From contig JAZKJM010000003.1 of assembly GCA_040384265.1 (NCBI GenBank), forward strand, positions 15,919-79,918: a stretch of 64,000 nucleotides of DNA. The letters are read 5' to 3'. The stretch is from Pseudomonadota bacterium. GTDB lineage: Bacteria > Pseudomonadota > Alphaproteobacteria > Rickettsiales > UBA3002. How positions within the stretch are numbered: the stretch's first letter is position 1; every line of letters starts with the position of its first letter. Positions 1 to 9,494 of this stretch are shown one piece after another. The notes below the pieces were generated by a model that saw nothing but the letters and a program-made list of their open reading frames with translations, had not been told where the DNA came from and did not search any database. Made by a program: the position numbers and the translations under genes.

Positions 1-3000
1 ACTTCGCGGCAGCGCCGCGGGCGAATGTTAACGAGGGTGCTGAGACGACCACGCCTGAAGAAATACCCCTGCCTGCCGCGCAAGTGGCGCCCGTGGTGAA
101 ACCGATACCGGCGTCGCTCTCGACCATGATCGCGCAAGGCGCGCTGGTGAGTGCGGATGCGACCGAATCCGGCGATGGCGGCAAAGTAAGCGTGTGGGCG
201 GATGAGCGCACCACCATCGGCGGCCGCATCAGCGCCGATGCGAACAACGAAACCGGCAATGGTGGGTTCATCGAAACCTCCGGCGGCCGCGTCGCCATCG
301 AAGTGAACGCCGGCGTCACCGCCAGCTCGCGCCGCCGCCGCGCCGGCACCTGGCTGCTCGATCCGGCCGATATCATCATCACCAACGCCGACAGCGCCAT
401 CAGCGGCGGCCCCAACTACACCCCCACCAACACCGCCAGCACCATCGATGTCGCCACCATCGTCACCGCCCTGCTCACCACCGACGTCACCATCACCACC
501 ACCAACGATGGCTTCGCCGGCAACGGCGACATCACGGTGAGCTCCGCCATCACCTCCGGCACCAACCATGCGCTGACGCTGAGCGCGTATCGCAATATCG
601 CGGTGGATGCCGCCATCACCACCCAAGGGGGAGCGGTCACGCTACGGGCGAATAATGCAGGTGTAGGGGCGGGCACAGTATCCATTACGCAAGCCATCAC
701 GACTAACGGCGGCAATATCACCATCGGCGGCGGCGCGGGCGCAATCACGGCCGGTGCGGGTTATGCCGAAGGCGGCGTTGTCACCAGCGCGGCGGTGGAT
801 GCGGCGGGCGGCAACATCCTCATCAATGGCCGCACGGCGGCGGCAGCATCCGGCGTGCGCATCGGCGCGGCGCTGGGGACCAGCGGCACCGGCACCATCA
901 CCCTCAACGGCATCAGCGGCACCGGCGTCGATAGCCTTGCCGGGGTCGATATTCGCGGCAATATCACAAGCGTCGATGGCGCGATTTCCATCACCGGCCT
1001 CGCCAATGCCGCCAGCACTTCCAGCACCCAATATGGTGTCTGGGTCGGCAGCGGCAAAACCGTGCAGGCCACCGGCACCGGCGCAGTGACCGTCACCGGC
1101 ACAGGCGGCGGCGCGGCAGGCAGCGGGCTAGGCAATAACGGCGTGTTCGTCGATCAGGGCTTCATTCGCGGCCATGGCGGCGCGGTGAATGTCACCGGCA
1201 CCGCAGGCGCCAGCAGCGGGGGCAATGATCGCGGTGTTGTCGTGCAAAACGGCACCATCAGCAACACCGGTAGCGGCACGCTGAACGTCACCGGCCATGG
1301 CGCGGGTGTCGGCAACGGCAATAGTAATCAGGGGGTCTTTGTTTTCTCCGGCGGTAGGTTAACCACGGTCGATGGCGCGTTGACCGTCGTTGGCACCGGC
1401 GCGAACACCAATGGCGGCGGCGCGGATTCGCTCAATCACGGCGTCTACTTGCTGGGCGGCACCAGTGCAATCACCACCACCGGCACCGGCACGATCAACG
1501 TGACGGGCACCGGTGGTAATGGCGTGGGCGGCACCAATCATGGTATCACCGTCGAGAATGGCAGCATTCTCGGCAATGGCGGCGCGATGACGATCGATGG
1601 CACCGGCGCTGCCTCCGATGGCGCGGATAATTATGGCGTCTATGTCGTCAACAGCAGCGGCAACGGCATCTCCAATATCGGCACCGGCACGCTGAGCGTC
1701 ACCGGCCATGGCGGCGCAGGCGTCAGCAGCCGCAATTACGGTGTGCTGGCCGAAAGCGGTGGCAAAATCATAACCGCCGATGGCGCACTCACCGTCAACG
1801 GCTTCGGTGGCGGCTCCGGCGGCGCGTTTGGGTTTAACTCCGGCGTCTATGTCACCGGCGCAGGCAGCACCATCAAAACCACCGGCAGCGGCAACCTTGC
1901 CGTCAACGGCACGGGCGGCGTGGGCACCAGCAACGACCACGGTATTTTCAGTGAAGTAAGCGGCGGCCTCACCACCAGCGGTGCGGGCTCGATGACGCTT
2001 TCAGGCACCGCGGGCGGCGGCGCGAACTCGGTGGGCCTGCTCGCCAACACGGTCGGCAGCGTCACCACCACTGGCACCGGCGATATTACCGTGCTCGCCA
2101 ATTCCGTACTGCTTGGCGCGGCGGGCAACATCAGCTCCGCACGCAACCTCGCCATCGCCCCGCTAACGGCGGCTGCCACCATGTCCATCGGCACCACCGG
2201 CAGCACGCTGAACCTCAGCAACAACGACCTGAACTACATCACCGCCGCGTCCTACAGCTTCGGGGCCGCCAACACGGGTGACATGACCATCAACACCACC
2301 AAGGATTTTGGTGATGCCAACGTCACCTTCCGCTCCGGCCGCGACATCACCCTCGCCGGCACGCTGACCAAAGCGGCGGGCACCACCACCAACATCACGC
2401 TTGCCGCCGCGCGCAACTTCATCAACACCGCGACCACTGCTTTCAACGTCACCGCCGGGCGCTGGCTGGCCTATTCCACCACCCCGGCCAATAGCCCACT
2501 CAACGGCCTGACCAGCAATTTCGTGCGCTACGGCTGCACCTATGGCGGCAGCTGCCCAACCGGCGTCACCATTCCCACCAGCGGCAACGGCGTGATCTAT
2601 AGCGCCCGCCCAACCCTCACCATCACACCGACCGCCAGCATTTCCTATTACGATGCGGCCCCCACGCTGGTGGGCTACAGCTACGGCATCGCGGGCTACC
2701 TCACCAGCGCCGCAGGCAATGACAGCACTGCCGATGCCCTCACCGGCGCGCTCACCGGCACCACCACCTACACGCAAGGCAACAACGCGGGCAGCTACAG
2801 CATCAATTATGCCAGCGGCACCCTTGCTTCCACGCTGGGCTATGATTTCACCTATGCCAATAACGCCACCGGCCTCACGGTCAACAAGGTGCTGCTGACT
2901 GGCACGGTGGCCAGCCAAACCATCGTGGGCGGCACCGCCATTCCCGCCAGCACCGTGAGCTATAGCGGCTTGCGCAACAACGAAACCGCCGCAGTGATCG

Positions 3001-3419
3001 ATACCCCGGCCACCGTCCTGTCCGCACGCAACGGCGCGGGCGTAGCGGGCAGCTATGCCGGCAACTACACCGCCAGCGGCGCGGTAGATAATAACTACAG
3101 CTTCACCTACATTGCGGGCGACCTGCTGGTGACAGCAGCCCCTGCTGCCACCACCACCACCACACGGGTGCCATCCAGCGTCGAGCATCTCTCGCAGCCG
3201 CAGTTCTACAGCATCATCATGCCCACGCTGGTTTTCTCCCCGCAAGGCGACTCCCCGCTGGTGATGACAGTCACCGACACTCCTGGCCGCACCCCCACCG
3301 GCAGCAATACCAGCTACCGCCATAACGTGCAGAACGATACGCTCGAAATCGAAATCACCCGCCCCCTCGCCGACATACTCGGCATGCCCCACGCACGGCC
3401 GGAGCAGCAAAGCATCTAG
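1..3419 (+). CDS. Large secreted adhesin: filamentous-haemagglutinin-like beta-helix repeats plus C-terminal MBG-like repeats (5' end lies outside the window)
   Basis: The frame is open from nt 3 to the window edge, with no stop upstream of the listed start at 84. GGKVSVWAD...GNGGFIETSGGRV motif typical of haemagglutinin/TpsA-family passengers. About 700 aa of Gly/Thr/Asn-rich VTGTGG/TTTGTG-type repeats. Two C-terminal units of about 80 aa with the MBG-like pattern (..YDAAPTL.GYSY...AGSYSINYASGTL...Y.FTY..G.L.V). Stop at 3417-3419. Confidence 0.75.
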   Translation, partial: FAAAPRANVNEGAETTTPEEIPLPAAQVAPVVKPIPASLSTMIAQGALVSADATESGDGGKVSVWADERTTIGGRISADANNETGNGGFIETSGGRVAIEVNAGVTASSRRRRAGTWLLDPADIIITNADSAISGGPNYTPTNTASTIDVATIVTALLTTDVTITTTNDGFAGNGDITVSSAITSGTNHALTLSAYRNIAVDAAITTQGGAVTLRANNAGVGAGTVSITQAITTNGGNITIGGGAGAITAGAGYAEGGVVTSAAVDAAGGNILINGRTAAAASGVRIGAALGTSGTGTITLNGISGTGVDSLAGVDIRGNITSVDGAISITGLANAASTSSTQYGVWVGSGKTVQATGTGAVTVTGTGGGAAGSGLGNNGVFVDQGFIRGHGGAVNVTGTAGASSGGNDRGVVVQNGTISNTGSGTLNVTGHGAGVGNGNSNQGVFVFSGGRLTTVDGALTVVGTGANTNGGGADSLNHGVYLLGGTSAITTTGTGTINVTGTGGNGVGGTNHGITVENGSILGNGGAMTIDGTGAASDGADNYGVYVVNSSGNGISNIGTGTLSVTGHGGAGVSSRNYGVLAESGGKIITADGALTVNGFGGGSGGAFGFNSGVYVTGAGSTIKTTGSGNLAVNGTGGVGTSNDHGIFSEVSGGLTTSGAGSMTLSGTAGGGANSVGLLANTVGSVTTTGTGDITVLANSVLLGAAGNISSARNLAIAPLTAAATMSIGTTGSTLNLSNNDLNYITAASYSFGAANTGDMTINTTKDFGDANVTFRSGRDITLAGTLTKAAGTTTNITLAAARNFINTATTAFNVTAGRWLAYSTTPANSPLNGLTSNFVRYGCTYGGSCPTGVTIPTSGNGVIYSARPTLTITPTASISYYDAAPTLVGYSYGIAGYLTSAAGNDSTADALTGALTGTTTYTQGNNAGSYSINYASGTLASTLGYDFTYANNATGLTVNKVLLTGTVASQTIVGGTAIPASTVSYSGLRNNETAAVIDTPATVLSARNGAGVAGSYAGNYTASGAVDNNYSFTYIAGDLLVTAAPAATTTTTRVPSSVEHLSQPQFYSIIMPTLVFSPQGDSPLVMTVTDTPGRTPTGSNTSYRHNVQNDTLEIEITRPLADILGMPHARPEQQSI

Positions 3420-3608
3420 CGGCGCCACACCCGCAAGGGTGGGATAAATGGGAGAGCCTTAAGCACTCACGCCCGGCGTCGTCCCTCGGGTGATCATGAC
3501 CTTCCTCACCCGCCCCCTTACTTTATATTCGACATCTATTTTGCAGTTCTTTATACATGTGAGCGGCTGCCAACTCGGTGTAAATGCTTGGCAGTATACG
3601 GGGGCAAA

Positions 3609-6600
3609 ATGCGGGCATGGGGAGCAACGGCGCTGGCATGGATGCTTCTGGCATCGCCGCTTCATGCCGCGGCGCCAACTCCCCCACCCCCTGTGACGGC
3701 GAACAAAGTGGACGGCCCGGTGACGGGAACCCTGCCGGATAAAATCACGCTCTCGATCGATCCGCATAGCAGCAATTCGCCCAATTTGCAGGATAGGGCG
3801 CCGCTTTCCGTCTCGTTCTGCACAGAAACATCGAACATGGAAAAAGTGCTGCTCGATGGCAAATATGTGCTGCAGCCACGGGTCTATTGCAACACACCGG
3901 ATCGCAAGCTGCATTTGTCCGGAAGGCGGCAAAGCACCGGCATCGCCATGGTGCCGGAAATGCCCGGTGAATGGCGGTGGCGCAGCGACTATACGCTGAT
4001 GTTCAAGCCGAAAAAAGCCTGGCCCACGGGCCAGCATTACCAGCTGACTTTCAAACAGGAAATATTCCCCGATCAGGTAAAGCTCAATAACGGAAGCTAC
4101 AGCCTCGATACCGAGCCCCTGGTTGCACAGATTCCGCAAATGGAATTTTTCCAGGACCATGAGAATGTCGAGAAAAAAGCCGTCACCACCACGATTCGTT
4201 TCAATTCACCGGTCGATACAGAATCGCTGAAGCAGCATCTCGAATTTACCCTCGAGGAGTTGACGGACGACTCCAAACCCAACCAGCGCAAGGTCATTGC
4301 CAAAGCGGAGAACGTGCCGTTCGAGATCAACATGAACGAGCGCGCAACGGAAGCGGTTATCAGCACACCGCTAACGTCATTGCCCGATAAAGAGCGCTTT
4401 CTCAAGGTGGTGATTAAGCCCGGGCTGGTGGCCAAATCCGGAGGCAAGCCGCTCACTTATGTCGCCAATGGCCCGGGCCGGTTCGAGCAACGCGTCGCAG
4501 TACCGAGCCGGTTCAGCTATGCGAAAATCGACAAAATCGACCTGCGTGTCGTGAAGAACGATCGTTACGTGCCCGAGCAGATGCTCATCATCACTACCAA
4601 CGTTCCGGTGACGAGCGAAGAACTCGTCAAGCATCTGAAAATTCGCCTGCTACCGAAAGATAAGGCTGCCGAGTCCAGCGCCTATTCCGCGAAAAAGGAT
4701 TATGCCTGGACCAGTGCAAACGAGGTGACCGATGCATTGTTCGACAAAGCACCGGAAGTGAAATTCACCCCACTTCCAACCGCCGAACCCTACGCGACGC
4801 TGCATAGCGTGAAACTCGATACCGAAGCGGGCCGCTGGATTTACGCACGCATTACCGGGGGGCTGAACGCCAAGGGCGATTACGTGCTGGAGCATGACCA
4901 TAACGATACGCTGCGCGTACCGGAATATGAGAAAGAAGTGCAATTGCTCAGCGATGGCGCGCTGCTCAGCTTAAACGGCGAACGTAAAGTTTCGGTCTTT
5001 TCGCTCGGCGCCCGCAAGCTGAAATTCGATGTGAAGCGTGTGATTACGAGCGATATTGGCCATTTCATCAGCCAGACACGCGGCGATTTCGAGAAGCCTG
5101 AATTCGAAAATTATCAGTTTTCGGAAAACAATGTCAGCGAATCATTCAGTGAAGAAATCAGCTTGCCTCAAAGCGGCCCACGCACGCCGCAATTCAGCGC
5201 GTTCGACTTTACGCCCTACCTGAAGAAGAATCCCGATGCCAAGGGCCTGTTCAAGGGCGAGCCACATGGCAAAGGGCTGTTCTTCCTCACGATCAACGCC
5301 ATCGATCGGGATAAGGACGGCAAGGAGACGGTTGTCAGCAACGATAAGCGATTCGTGCTGGTGTCCGATCTGGGGTTGATCGTGAAAACCAATCGCGACG
5401 GATCGCACGATGCGTTCGTGCAATCCGTGCAGACCGGCAAACCCGTCTCGGGCGCCACGATCGAGGTGCTTGGCACCAACGGCCTGGCCGTGCTGAAGCT
5501 GGAAACCGATAGCGATGGGCATGCGAACATCCCCAATCTATCGGGCTTCATTAACGAGAAAGCGCCCGTGGCGTATGTGGTGCGCAATGACGATGATTTA
5601 GCGTTCATGCCCTACAGCCGCAGCGACCGCTCACTGAATTATTCGAAGTTCGAAACCGACGGCATCCATACCAGTGAGGAAGGGTTGAAAGCATTCCTGT
5701 TCTCCGAACGCGGCATCTACCGGCCGGGCGATGCGGTGCATATCGGTATCGTCGTCAAACAAGGCAACTGGGCGCAGAATCTGGAAGGCCTGCCACTGCG
5801 GCTTGAAATCACCAACCCGCGCGGCCAGGTGATCGACAAGCCACTGCTAAAAATGAACGCGGTGGGCTTTGTCGAATATCATTTCTCGACCAAGGATATT
5901 TCCCCTACCGGTGTTTATAATGTTCGGCTCTACATTACCAAGGATGGTGCGCAGGGCAATGCGCTGGGCAGCACCTCCGTTCGCGTCGAGGAGTTCCTGC
6001 CCGATACGATGAAGATTACGTCGGAATTCAACAAGCCCGTACCGAAGGGATGGATTACGCCCGAAGGGCTAAAAACAACCGTGACGCTGCAGCATCTGTA
6101 CGGTGCACCAGCCGTCGACTACCGGGTCAAGGCGGGGATCAATCTCTCGCCCGGCAGTTTTGCCTTCCCTGACTACGCCGATTACAGCTTCTTCGATGCG
6201 CTGAAGGCAGAAAAAAGCTTCGACCAGCCCATCGGCAGCAATCAAACCGATGCCGAAGGAAAAACAACCTTCGACCTGAATCTTAGCCAGTTTGGGGATT
6301 CCACCTACCGGCTGACCTTCTCCGGCGAAGGATTCGCGGCGGATTCCGGCCGTAGCGTCAAGACGGCGCGCAGCGTGCTGGTCTCGCCATTACCCTACGT
6401 CGTCGGGGTGAAAGCCAACAATCTGGGCTATATCAGCAAGGGCGACGCGCGCAAACTATCGCTGATCGCACTCGATCCGGATCTGAAGGCGATTGCGGCG
6501 AGCGGCCTCACCACCAAGCTGCTGCAAATCACCTATGTCTCGACCCTGGTGAAAGATGAGCGCGGGGCGTATGCGTACCGGTCTATTCCCAAAGAATCCG

Positions 6601-9491
6601 TCGTCGCCAACGGCACCATGAATATCGCCGCCAAGGGCCTTGCTTACCCGCTGGCGACCGACAAACCCGGCAGCTATGCGCTGGTCGTCTCCAATGCCAA
6701 GGGGCTGGTGCTGAACCGCATCCCCTATACCGTGGTGGGCACAGGAAGCATGATGGGCCAGGTGCGCAAGGACGCCCCCATCACCATTAAGCTCGATAAG
6801 CCGGAATACAATGCGGGCGATAAGATCGAAATGAATATCGTGTCGCCCTATACCGGCGCCGGGCTCATCACGATCGAAACGGATAAGGTGCTCAGCTATA
6901 AATGGTTCAGCACCGACAGCACCAGTTCGGTGCAGACCATCGCCATCCCCAAACGCTTTACCGGCAAAGGCTTCGTCAATGTCCAGTTCCTGCGGGCGAT
7001 TGATTCCAAAGAAATATACACCAAGCCGCTCGCATTCGCGGTAGTGCCATTCATGGTCAGCACCGCCTCGGTCGATAGCGCCATTGCGCTTGAGGTGCCG
7101 GAAAAAGCGAAACCCGGCGATAAACTCACCATCCACTACAGCATGGAAACCCCGGGCAAAATTATCATTTACGCGGTGGATGAAGGTATTTTGCAGTATG
7201 GCCATTACGTAACGCCCAACCCGTTGGAATATTTCATCGGCAAACGGGCACTACAGGTAGCGACGGCGCAAATCCTCGACCTGTTGATGCCGGAATATTC
7301 CATCATGCAGCAGCTTGCGGCACCCGGTGGCGACCGATCGCTGACGGAAGGGAAAAACCTTAACCCCTTCAAGCGCAAAACCCTGCCCCCGGTGGTGTTC
7401 TGGTCGGGGGTGATCGATGCGGATGAAAAACCGCGGCAGGTCACCTATCAGATTCCCGAATATTTCAATGGCGGCCTGAAGGTCATGGCAGTCGCCGTCT
7501 CCGAGCGCACCATTGGCGCAGCAGAAGCCAAGACGGCCGTGAAAGGCGACCTCATTGTTACGCCAAACGTACCCACATTCGCCGCACCGGGGGATGAATT
7601 TGTGGTGGGCGTCAGCGTCGCCAACAATATTGTGGGATCGGGCAAAAATGCGAAGCTGAAGCTGGCCGTTGCACCTTCCGAACATCTGGAGATTCTGGAG
7701 GGCAAGGAAACCACCCTGAGCGTCCCTGAAGGCACCGAAGCAAAAATGACATTACGCGTCAAACCGAAGGATGTGCTGGGTGGTGCAAGCCTGAAATTTA
7801 TTGCGACCGCTGCTGGCAAATCATCGAAATATGAAGCGACACTGAGTGTGCGGCCACCGCTACCGAGCATGACCGCACTAAGCAGCGGCTATGCCGACAA
7901 AGGCGAGAAAACCGTCGCTCAGGAGCGGGACCTTTACAAGGAATTCGGCACCGGCAGTGCGGCTGTTTCAACCCTCCCGGTCAGCCTCATTCCCGGCCTA
8001 TCGGCATATCTCGAGCGCTTCCCCTACGGTTGCACCGAGCAAACGATCAGCAAAGCGATGCCCGCGGTGATTCTCGCCGGACAGAAGGATCTGGGCGGCG
8101 ATTCCAAGCTGGTGGAGCAGGGCGTGGTGAATGCCATGAACCGCTTGCGCGAATTGCAGCAGCCGGGTGGCGGGTTCGGTTATTGGTGGCGCGGCGGCTC
8201 GGAAGATGAGTTCATCAGCACCTATGCCTTGCATTACATGACGCTGGCGAAGGAAAAACATTTGCCCGTGCCGGATGAAACCTTCCGCCAGACGCAGCAA
8301 TATGTAAAAGAACTGGTCAATCGCAGCCCGTCCTCGCTCGATCAGGCACGTGTGCAAGCGTATGGGATTTACCTGCTGACACGCAATGGGGAAGTGACCG
8401 CCAATTACCTGCCCAACCTGCTGCAGTATCTCAATACCAAGCAGAAAGACGCATGGAAGCAGGATCTGACGGCGGTCTATATCGCGGCTTCCTACAAACT
8501 GATGCAGTTGGCGCCGGAAGCGAACAAGCTGATGGATGAATTTGCCCTGGGCGATCCGGTCTCCTGGGCAAAAAACCCGCGTTTCTGGTGGAGCGAAAGC
8601 CCATACTATAACAGCATGAACCGCTACGCGCAGTATCTCACCGTCATCTCCAACCATTTCCCCGAGCGCTTGCCGCAGCTCGATCGCAATATCCTGTTTC
8701 GCATCGCGAACTTTATTGGGGAAGGAAGCTACAACACGCTCTCCTCTTCTTACGCCATCATGGCGTTCAGCAGCTACGGCCAGGCATCCAGCCAGCAAAC
8801 CCAAGCGCAGCTTTCCATCGCCCAAGCCGATGCCGCCGGTAAACTCACCGCGCTTGCGCTCACGGGCACCCAGGTGAAACGGGCCGCGCTGAGTGTGGAC
8901 AAGAACCCGGTGACATTTGCCGGTGGTGGAAAATACGGGCTGTTCTACCAGATCACTACCGACGGCTACGACCGCGCGCGTCCCACCCATCCGATTCAGG
9001 ATGGCCTGGAAATCAATCATCACTATCTCGATGCCGACCAGAAGCCGGTGAAAGAAGTTGCGATCGGCGACACCGTATTCGTCGTCGTCACCATGCGTGC
9101 GCATGATGATAAAACCCTGACCAACATGGCGGTCGTCGACCTGTTGCCCGCCGGGTTCGAAGTGGTGCCCGAAAGCATCGCCCGCCCGGTTGAAACCCGC
9201 CGCCCGTCGCGTGACGAGGACGATGAAGAAGCAGAAGACGACAGCGCCACGATGACCCCCGCAAATGATGATGCATCGTTCGATGGCCAGCCATGGGAGC
9301 CCGAAATGGTCGATGCCCGCGAGGACCGGGTAATCGCGTTCGGTACCGTGCCGTCGGAATTGGTGACCTGGCATTACAAAATAAAAGCGGTCAATGCCGG
9401 GTCGTTCGTTACCCCGCCGCCGTATGTGGAATCGATGTATGAGCGCGCCGTGAAAGCCAGGGGAGTGGTCGGGACGATCACGGTGAAATAA
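3609..9491 (+). CDS. yfhM: Bacterial alpha-2-macroglobulin family protein (YfhM/ECAM-like) with thioester motif
   Basis: 1960-aa ORF. CxEQ thioester motif RFPYG-CTEQ-T at nt 8031-8042. N-terminal signal peptide MRAWGATALAWMLLASPLHAAAP (ATG 3609 preferred over TTG 3588; GGGGG 7 nt upstream). Followed 3 nt later by pbpC, the classic A2M-PBP1C gene pair. Confidence 0.85.
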   Translation: MRAWGATALAWMLLASPLHAAAPTPPPPVTANKVDGPVTGTLPDKITLSIDPHSSNSPNLQDRAPLSVSFCTETSNMEKVLLDGKYVLQPRVYCNTPDRKLHLSGRRQSTGIAMVPEMPGEWRWRSDYTLMFKPKKAWPTGQHYQLTFKQEIFPDQVKLNNGSYSLDTEPLVAQIPQMEFFQDHENVEKKAVTTTIRFNSPVDTESLKQHLEFTLEELTDDSKPNQRKVIAKAENVPFEINMNERATEAVISTPLTSLPDKERFLKVVIKPGLVAKSGGKPLTYVANGPGRFEQRVAVPSRFSYAKIDKIDLRVVKNDRYVPEQMLIITTNVPVTSEELVKHLKIRLLPKDKAAESSAYSAKKDYAWTSANEVTDALFDKAPEVKFTPLPTAEPYATLHSVKLDTEAGRWIYARITGGLNAKGDYVLEHDHNDTLRVPEYEKEVQLLSDGALLSLNGERKVSVFSLGARKLKFDVKRVITSDIGHFISQTRGDFEKPEFENYQFSENNVSESFSEEISLPQSGPRTPQFSAFDFTPYLKKNPDAKGLFKGEPHGKGLFFLTINAIDRDKDGKETVVSNDKRFVLVSDLGLIVKTNRDGSHDAFVQSVQTGKPVSGATIEVLGTNGLAVLKLETDSDGHANIPNLSGFINEKAPVAYVVRNDDDLAFMPYSRSDRSLNYSKFETDGIHTSEEGLKAFLFSERGIYRPGDAVHIGIVVKQGNWAQNLEGLPLRLEITNPRGQVIDKPLLKMNAVGFVEYHFSTKDISPTGVYNVRLYITKDGAQGNALGSTSVRVEEFLPDTMKITSEFNKPVPKGWITPEGLKTTVTLQHLYGAPAVDYRVKAGINLSPGSFAFPDYADYSFFDALKAEKSFDQPIGSNQTDAEGKTTFDLNLSQFGDSTYRLTFSGEGFAADSGRSVKTARSVLVSPLPYVVGVKANNLGYISKGDARKLSLIALDPDLKAIAASGLTTKLLQITYVSTLVKDERGAYAYRSIPKESVVANGTMNIAAKGLAYPLATDKPGSYALVVSNAKGLVLNRIPYTVVGTGSMMGQVRKDAPITIKLDKPEYNAGDKIEMNIVSPYTGAGLITIETDKVLSYKWFSTDSTSSVQTIAIPKRFTGKGFVNVQFLRAIDSKEIYTKPLAFAVVPFMVSTASVDSAIALEVPEKAKPGDKLTIHYSMETPGKIIIYAVDEGILQYGHYVTPNPLEYFIGKRALQVATAQILDLLMPEYSIMQQLAAPGGDRSLTEGKNLNPFKRKTLPPVVFWSGVIDADEKPRQVTYQIPEYFNGGLKVMAVAVSERTIGAAEAKTAVKGDLIVTPNVPTFAAPGDEFVVGVSVANNIVGSGKNAKLKLAVAPSEHLEILEGKETTLSVPEGTEAKMTLRVKPKDVLGGASLKFIATAAGKSSKYEATLSVRPPLPSMTALSSGYADKGEKTVAQERDLYKEFGTGSAAVSTLPVSLIPGLSAYLERFPYGCTEQTISKAMPAVILAGQKDLGGDSKLVEQGVVNAMNRLRELQQPGGGFGYWWRGGSEDEFISTYALHYMTLAKEKHLPVPDETFRQTQQYVKELVNRSPSSLDQARVQAYGIYLLTRNGEVTANYLPNLLQYLNTKQKDAWKQDLTAVYIAASYKLMQLAPEANKLMDEFALGDPVSWAKNPRFWWSESPYYNSMNRYAQYLTVISNHFPERLPQLDRNILFRIANFIGEGSYNTLSSSYAIMAFSSYGQASSQQTQAQLSIAQADAAGKLTALALTGTQVKRAALSVDKNPVTFAGGGKYGLFYQITTDGYDRARPTHPIQDGLEINHHYLDADQKPVKEVAIGDTVFVVVTMRAHDDKTLTNMAVVDLLPAGFEVVPESIARPVETRRPSRDEDDEEAEDDSATMTPANDDASFDGQPWEPEMVDAREDRVIAFGTVPSELVTWHYKIKAVNAGSFVTPPPYVESMYERAVKARGVVGTITVK

Positions 9492-9494
9492 CCG

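Noticed and set aside
416-3428. Multiple antisense or alternative-frame ORFs (for example 2163-3428, 1359-1940, 1847-2224) inside the adhesin gene
   Set aside because: The repetitive GC-rich coding sequence lacks stops in several frames. The sense frame has recognisable haemagglutinin and MBG motifs; the others are low-complexity.
3459-4160. 233-aa minus-strand ORF overlapping the A2M 5' region
   Set aside because: It overlaps the start of the 1960-aa A2M gene. It has no motif and an Arg/Cys/His-rich off-frame composition.
6456-9374. Antisense ORFs 6456-7205 and 7998-9374 within the A2M gene
   Set aside because: They are entirely contained in the A2M coding region on the opposite strand, with off-frame composition.
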